From: Methanobacteriota archaeon
GTDB lineage: Archaea; Halobacteriota; Methanosarcinia; Methanosarcinales; Methanogasteraceae
Reading direction: 5' to 3'
Length of the DNA stretch: 30,094 nucleotides
Assembly: GCA_034717055.1 (NCBI GenBank)
Contig: JAYELB010000185.1
Location: 1-30,094, forward strand
A program made the position numbers and the translations under genes. Shown in pieces: positions 25,866-30,094 of the stretch. The notes below the pieces were generated by a model. It searched no databases, was not told where the DNA came from, and was given only the letters and a program-made list of their open reading frames with translations. Every line of letters begins with the position of its first letter. The stretch's first letter is position 1.

Positions 25866-27625
25866 ACGATTCCCTCCGCTTCCGCACGCCCCATCATATT
25901 GAATAACTCATAGAATCCGAGCACCCCTGCATCATGCATCTTCCTTAAGACCTTCTCCCTTCGATCAAGCTCCTTATATATCCTTCTCCGCTTATTCTTC
26001 GGTAAGCCGCGCTTTGGAGCGATCTTGTTCTCAAGCAGGTACGAGTTGTTCTTCCCTGTAAATTTGAACACATCCTTTGAGGCATCCCACTGAAACGTCT
26101 CAATGAATGAGAATGACTGAGAAGATGGATCATACCCTATGATCTCGTTGATGCTTGTGATGCGCCTTGCCATCCCTTTACCCGGGACGTTCACAGCGTT
26201 CTGGATAACAACAAGGTTTAAGTTGTCTATATAGGTCTTCGGAACATTTATGGGGTCGCCGGTCAGTCGCTGGATCAGTTTCTCAACAGATGCTGCGTGA
26301 AACGTAGCCATTGCAGGATGTCCTGTCTGCATCGCCTGAAATGCAATGTTACCCTCAGCACCCCTGATCTCTCCGATTATTATCTCATTCGGACGCTGTC
26401 TCAAGGCAGCCTTCAGCAGATCAAACATCGTCACGTCCGAGCTTCCCCCGTCTCCGGATCCTCTTGTGACTTCTCTTAACCAGTTCTTGTGAGGTACCTG
26501 TAATTCAGGTGTGTCTTCTATTGATATGACCTTTGCGTCTGCCTGTAGGCACGTTGTCATTGCATTAAGCGTCGTTGTCTTTCCTGATGCGGTCTCACCA
26601 ACAACGAAACAGTTCATCCCCGCACCCAACAACATCCAGAGGTACGCAGCCATCTTGTAGTTGAGCGTCTGGAAGTCGATGATGTTTAAGATGCTAAGCG
26701 GCGTCTCTGAAAACTTCCTTATCGTGAAATTGCTGCCCCGTTTCGATACATCCTCTCCGAACACGATGTTTATCCTTGATCCGTCGGGAAGCGCAGCATC
26801 GACGATCGGATCCCGGTATGTTATCGGCTTTCCGATCTTCTCTGACATCCGTATAACATAAGAATCGAGATCCGCTATACTCCCAAACGTTATCGATGTC
26901 TTTAATCCGGAAAAGATCTTGTGCTCCACAAATATCCGCCCCACACCACTGCAACTGATATCCTCGATATACGGATCCATCAACAGTGGCTGGAGGGGTC
27001 CCATCCCGATCTTATCCTTGAATAAGTAGTACTTGACCTTCTTGAATTCATCAGGGGTAACATGCACCTTCTTATTTTTGGTGGTACTGGCAAATCCGTG
27101 GATGCGATCAAATATCTTCTTCTTAAGCCCCCCTTCTTCTTCCCTATCTCCACCGTCTTCTATGATGCACACGTCATTCAAACCCTCTTCGAGTAAGGCT
27201 TTCTTAGAATCCATATCATCTGTTGTAACCTCCAGAACGTCTACGATATCGACAAGTGCTTCTTCCACCTCTATAAGCAGTTCATCGACACTCACGAACA
27301 GGGTTGGTTCGATAGGGATATAGTAGTTCCGCACATCCTCTTTATCCGGATAAATATGGATGGATACTCCATCTCCTGCTGGATATATGATATTCGGCTT
27401 CACTATCTTCTTCAGATCTCTTGAAAGCTCGGGGTAGAACTTTGGTACGCCTAGCTCATCGAGTGGAAGCATGTGGATATAGTCAAGTACATGATGGTTC
27501 TCCTCCGCACTGAGGAACTTCTTCGCATCCGGAGGCAACATGCGGTAGAGCCCACACTGTCTCAGATCGGCTCCATGTGCCTCGGAAACGTTCGGTTCAA
27601 AGGGCAGAGATTCCATTTCAACCAC
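25862..27625 (-). CDS. flaI: Archaellum ATPase ArlI (FlaI)
   Basis: Walker A GETASGKTT, SIEDTPEL, LRQRPNEIIIGEIRGAEG and QTGH motifs. Confidence 0.96.
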   Translation of the reverse strand: MVEMESLPFEPNVSEAHGADLRQCGLYRMLPPDAKKFLSAEENHHVLDYIHMLPLDELGVPKFYPELSRDLKKIVKPNIIYPAGDGVSIHIYPDKEDVRNYYIPIEPTLFVSVDELLIEVEEALVDIVDVLEVTTDDMDSKKALLEEGLNDVCIIEDGGDREEEGGLKKKIFDRIHGFASTTKNKKVHVTPDEFKKVKYYLFKDKIGMGPLQPLLMDPYIEDISCSGVGRIFVEHKIFSGLKTSITFGSIADLDSYVIRMSEKIGKPITYRDPIVDAALPDGSRINIVFGEDVSKRGSNFTIRKFSETPLSILNIIDFQTLNYKMAAYLWMLLGAGMNCFVVGETASGKTTTLNAMTTCLQADAKVISIEDTPELQVPHKNWLREVTRGSGDGGSSDVTMFDLLKAALRQRPNEIIIGEIRGAEGNIAFQAMQTGHPAMATFHAASVEKLIQRLTGDPINVPKTYIDNLNLVVIQNAVNVPGKGMARRITSINEIIGYDPSSQSFSFIETFQWDASKDVFKFTGKNNSYLLENKIAPKRGLPKNKRRRIYKELDRREKVLRKMHDAGVLGFYELFNMMGRAEAEGIV

Positions 27626-27630
27626 CTTGA

Positions 27631-28377
27631 TTATGCCTTTGCCTTCGATATCGGGATGATCCTCATACCAAAGCCAGGATCAACGTCGAAACTGACGATG
27701 TTTCCTGTGCTCTTCTGTGCACCCCGTATCTTTGCAACCTCCAGCGACTTTATCATCTGATCGCCAGCTTCTTCTATCTTCAGGTGCAGGTGTGCGTCAC
27801 AGATCGACCTGATCCTGATCAGAAGATTCTCAGGGAATGCATAGCCATGTGCCGTCAGTAGAATCGTTTTTCCAAGATCGCACAGCTTTTTGCATCCTGT
27901 GAAGAAATTTAAGATGTCGTTATCATTCGAATGAAAGACAAAGACCGTGAGCGAATCGATGATGATAATCTCGTTCTTGCACCGCTCCATGGATTTCAGC
28001 ATGAACTCGAGCAGGTTACCACTCACCCCTTCATCCCAGTCAACGCCCTGCACATGGATCGGAAATATATTCAAGCGTCCTATGATGAAATAATCATCTA
28101 CATCGAGTGATAGACTCCCCATCTGCTTAAGCAAGCTCTTGACCGTGTTTTCAGTCGTGAATATGGAGATGCGCCGTCCCTGATTCAAGCCCCCCCACAT
28201 AATCTGCTGCACAAGGACCGACTTACCACTGTCGTTCTGTCCTTCGAAGAGGGATAATGAATCCATTGGGATTCCGCCACCCATCTTCTGATCGATCTCA
28301 TAATTTCCCGAGGATACGACATTCGCAAGAAAGTCTTCATCTTCGTCTTCTTCACCGTCGAATTCTTCTTCAGCCAT
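27631..28377 (-). CDS. flaH: Archaellum KaiC-like ATP-binding protein ArlH (FlaH)
   Basis: GGGIP..SL.L.EGQNDSGKSVL.QQ, IIDSLT and LEVAKIRGA motifs. Likely start ATG 28377. Confidence 0.95.
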   Translation of the reverse strand: MAEEEFDGEEDEDEDFLANVVSSGNYEIDQKMGGGIPMDSLSLFEGQNDSGKSVLVQQIMWGGLNQGRRISIFTTENTVKSLLKQMGSLSLDVDDYFIIGRLNIFPIHVQGVDWDEGVSGNLLEFMLKSMERCKNEIIIIDSLTVFVFHSNDNDILNFFTGCKKLCDLGKTILLTAHGYAFPENLLIRIRSICDAHLHLKIEEAGDQMIKSLEVAKIRGAQKSTGNIVSFDVDPGFGMRIIPISKAKA

Positions 28378-28382
28378 ATTGA

Positions 28383-28898
28383 TCACCCACTAAAATATTT
28401 TGATGTGTCCACTCCGTTCGGAGTCGTTATCTGAAGCCAGTTTATATATCCATACTTCATCGGATCGCTATCAGCAACCTCGATCCGGATCGTCATCTCC
28501 TCATCGGGATCGAATATGCCAGGATTGATCAGATCCGGTGATATCCCGGTTACGGCCCATTCATCGTCATCCGGCGTTTCATTCGTGTATGGTATCCAGA
28601 CGACCCTCACAGTCCCACCATTGACCGAATGGTAATGCACGATCAGATCCATCTGCGAATACTCCCTGATACGTTCGTGGCCTGTGTTACAGAGCGTTAC
28701 GTCGATACGGGTCCCATTCGCAGTGATGTTACTGATCCCTATCTCAGTCTTCAACTGCTCATTCTCCGCATCCTGCACTTCCTTCATCGAGCTTGTTAAT
28801 GTATTGGTCATATATAACCCCCCTGTTATAACAACGTTGGCTGCTATCAGGATTGCTGCAACCGCTACTATCGCCGCAATGATTGATCCAGCCCCCAT
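28383..28898 (-). CDS. flaF: Archaellum stator protein ArlF (FlaF)
   Basis: N-terminal TM segment, then QLKTEI.I..I...V.L.NTG and INPGIFDPDE motifs. Position directly before flaH. Confidence 0.8.
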   Translation of the reverse strand: MGAGSIIAAIVAVAAILIAANVVITGGLYMTNTLTSSMKEVQDAENEQLKTEIGISNITANGTRIDVTLCNTGHERIREYSQMDLIVHYHSVNGGTVRVVWIPYTNETPDDDEWAVTGISPDLINPGIFDPDEEMTIRIEVADSDPMKYGYINWLQITTPNGVDTSKYFSG

Positions 28899-28903
28899 TT
28901 TCC

Positions 28904-29395
28904 TCACACCGTGAAATAGTCCTCATCCGAGATACCATTATACATTATGAACTTTACGAAATACTCCGTCCCTGGTATGACCGGATCGACAGTCATATTC
29001 ATCGTGACCTTGATCGTATCTCCTTGCCCCCACCTATCGCCACCGTTTTCGATTGTGTAGTTCCAGCCCGGTGAGATCGATCCGGTCTCATCATATACAA
29101 CCCTCATCAGATCACTCTCTGTTCCGAAGAAGAGGTCTGAGTTAGCGATCAGATTCGGATGGATGCGATTGTTTCCCACGTTCTTGACCCAGATGTAGAC
29201 GATGCTTCCGGATGAAGAGTCTGTCTCGTGTATGATCGTTATATCGGTCTTCATCCTATCATTGATCGCGTCTGTTGAAGCTATGAGCGGGTCCTGCGTC
29301 CTTGCAATCGCCGGAAATGCCGAAGTGACGAATGTTGCAGCGCATATAACAGACGCTATCGTGATCATAGCAATACTGATCGTTTCTCCTCCCAT
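28904..29395 (-). CDS. flaG: Archaellum stator protein ArlG (FlaG)
   Basis: MGGETISIAMITIASVI, DRMKTDITII and VYIWVKNVG motifs. Confidence 0.85.
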   Translation of the reverse strand: MGGETISIAMITIASVICAATFVTSAFPAIARTQDPLIASTDAINDRMKTDITIIHETDSSSGSIVYIWVKNVGNNRIHPNLIANSDLFFGTESDLMRVVYDETGSISPGWNYTIENGGDRWGQGDTIKVTMNMTVDPVIPGTEYFVKFIMYNGISDEDYFTV

Positions 29396-30094
29396 CTACC
29401 CCACCGTCCTCCATGGCAATTCCCCATATATCGAATAGATCGCCTTCTGATCAGACTCGCTTGGATGCAGTACCGCATTTAACTGGAACATCGCTGTTAT
29501 GTGATTCTGCATCGTTGGCGTACTCCCTTCAGCAACCTCCCGGGTGGATAGGTCTGCGATCTTCGAGATGATGTCTTTTAGCGTCTCTGAGATATGTTCG
29601 GTAAACACACACAGATCCAGCAGCTCATCCAGTCTACTCCGCTCGATCGTTGTAAGTGTGTAATCTGTCCATCTCATCAGTTCGGCGAGGGTATGGATGT
29701 CAAATCCGTTGCCAGGTTGGATCTCCGGGGTTTCTTCCGGCATCCCTTCGCTCTGCTTCGCTTCCTCGTACTGCTTAAACATCTCTGCAAAGCCTGGAGC
29801 ATGATCTGACGTCGCCTCCGGCGTAGTCCCATCATCTTCGCTCTGCTTCGCTTCCTCGTACTGCTTAAACATCTCTGCAAAGTTGGGAGCATGTTCGGAG
29901 GTTGCCTCCTGCGTAGTCCCATCATCTTCACTCTGCTTCGCTTCCTCGTACTGCTTAAACATCTCTGCGAAGTCAGGTGCATGATCTGGTGTTTCCTCTT
30001 GCATCATCCCCTCCTGCTGCACCGGCATCTCATGTTGCATTGGCACCTCCTGCTGCACCGGCATCTCGTGTTGCATCGGCATTCCTTGCTGCAT
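29396..30094 (-). CDS. Archaellum switch-complex protein ArlD/E (FlaD/E)-like, partial (N-terminus outside window)
   Basis: C-terminal TLAELMRWTDY...LDELLD...HIS and H...M..L pattern typical of the FlaD/E domain. Position before flaG. Low-complexity repeat linker. Confidence 0.75.
   Translation of the reverse strand: MQQGMPMQHEMPVQQEVPMQHEMPVQQEGMMQEETPDHAPDFAEMFKQYEEAKQSEDDGTTQEATSEHAPNFAEMFKQYEEAKQSEDDGTTPEATSDHAPGFAEMFKQYEEAKQSEGMPEETPEIQPGNGFDIHTLAELMRWTDYTLTTIERSRLDELLDLCVFTEHISETLKDIISKIADLSTREVAEGSTPTMQNHITAMFQLNAVLHPSESDQKAIYSIYGELPWRTVG
29746..29990. repeat. 90-bp coding tandem repeat, 3 copies (HAP.FAEMFKQYEEAKQSE...)
   Basis: CTCTGCTTCGCTTCCTCGTACTGCTTAAACATCTCTGC starts at 29751, 29841 and 29931. 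Confidence 0.95.
30014..30094. repeat. 36-bp coding tandem repeat (PMQHEMPVQQE[V/G]), at least 2 copies, cut by the window edge
   Basis: CTGCTGCACCGGCATCTC(A/G)TGTTGCAT repeated with 36-nt period. Confidence 0.9.

Overview
Archaeal DNA, most likely an anaerobic methanotroph or close relative in the Methanosarcinales. The first 170 bp are the 3' end of mcrA, which is missing from the ORF track; its C-terminus resembles ANME-2-type McrA as I recall it, so the taxon is an inference. After the mcrA terminator lies a decayed group II intron (about 348-1384). Its central part, carrying the N-terminal remnant of the intron-encoded RT, is in the opposite orientation, and that remnant is interrupted by a 163-bp MITE. 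Most downstream genes are on the minus strand: a restriction-endonuclease-fold-like protein, cfbC (F430 synthesis), a small hypothetical, an M24 Xaa-Pro peptidase and cbiD. A second MITE follows, then an AT-rich island of three unknown ORFs that all share one reading frame, then leuD and leuC. Next come a plus-strand DUF4258/YgiT-zinc-finger TA-like pair, a lone ccmB flanked by short palindromic repeats, and a divergent cheR. The last 16 kb are an archaellum-chemotaxis cluster, in transcription order: arlD/E (partial), arlG, F, H, I, J, an acidic hypothetical, an MCP, cheW, cheF, cheY, cheB, cheA, three tandem cheC genes, cheD and a small membrane protein. I saw no rRNA, tRNA or CRISPR array. 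All protein calls come from motif recognition by eye; no database searches were run.
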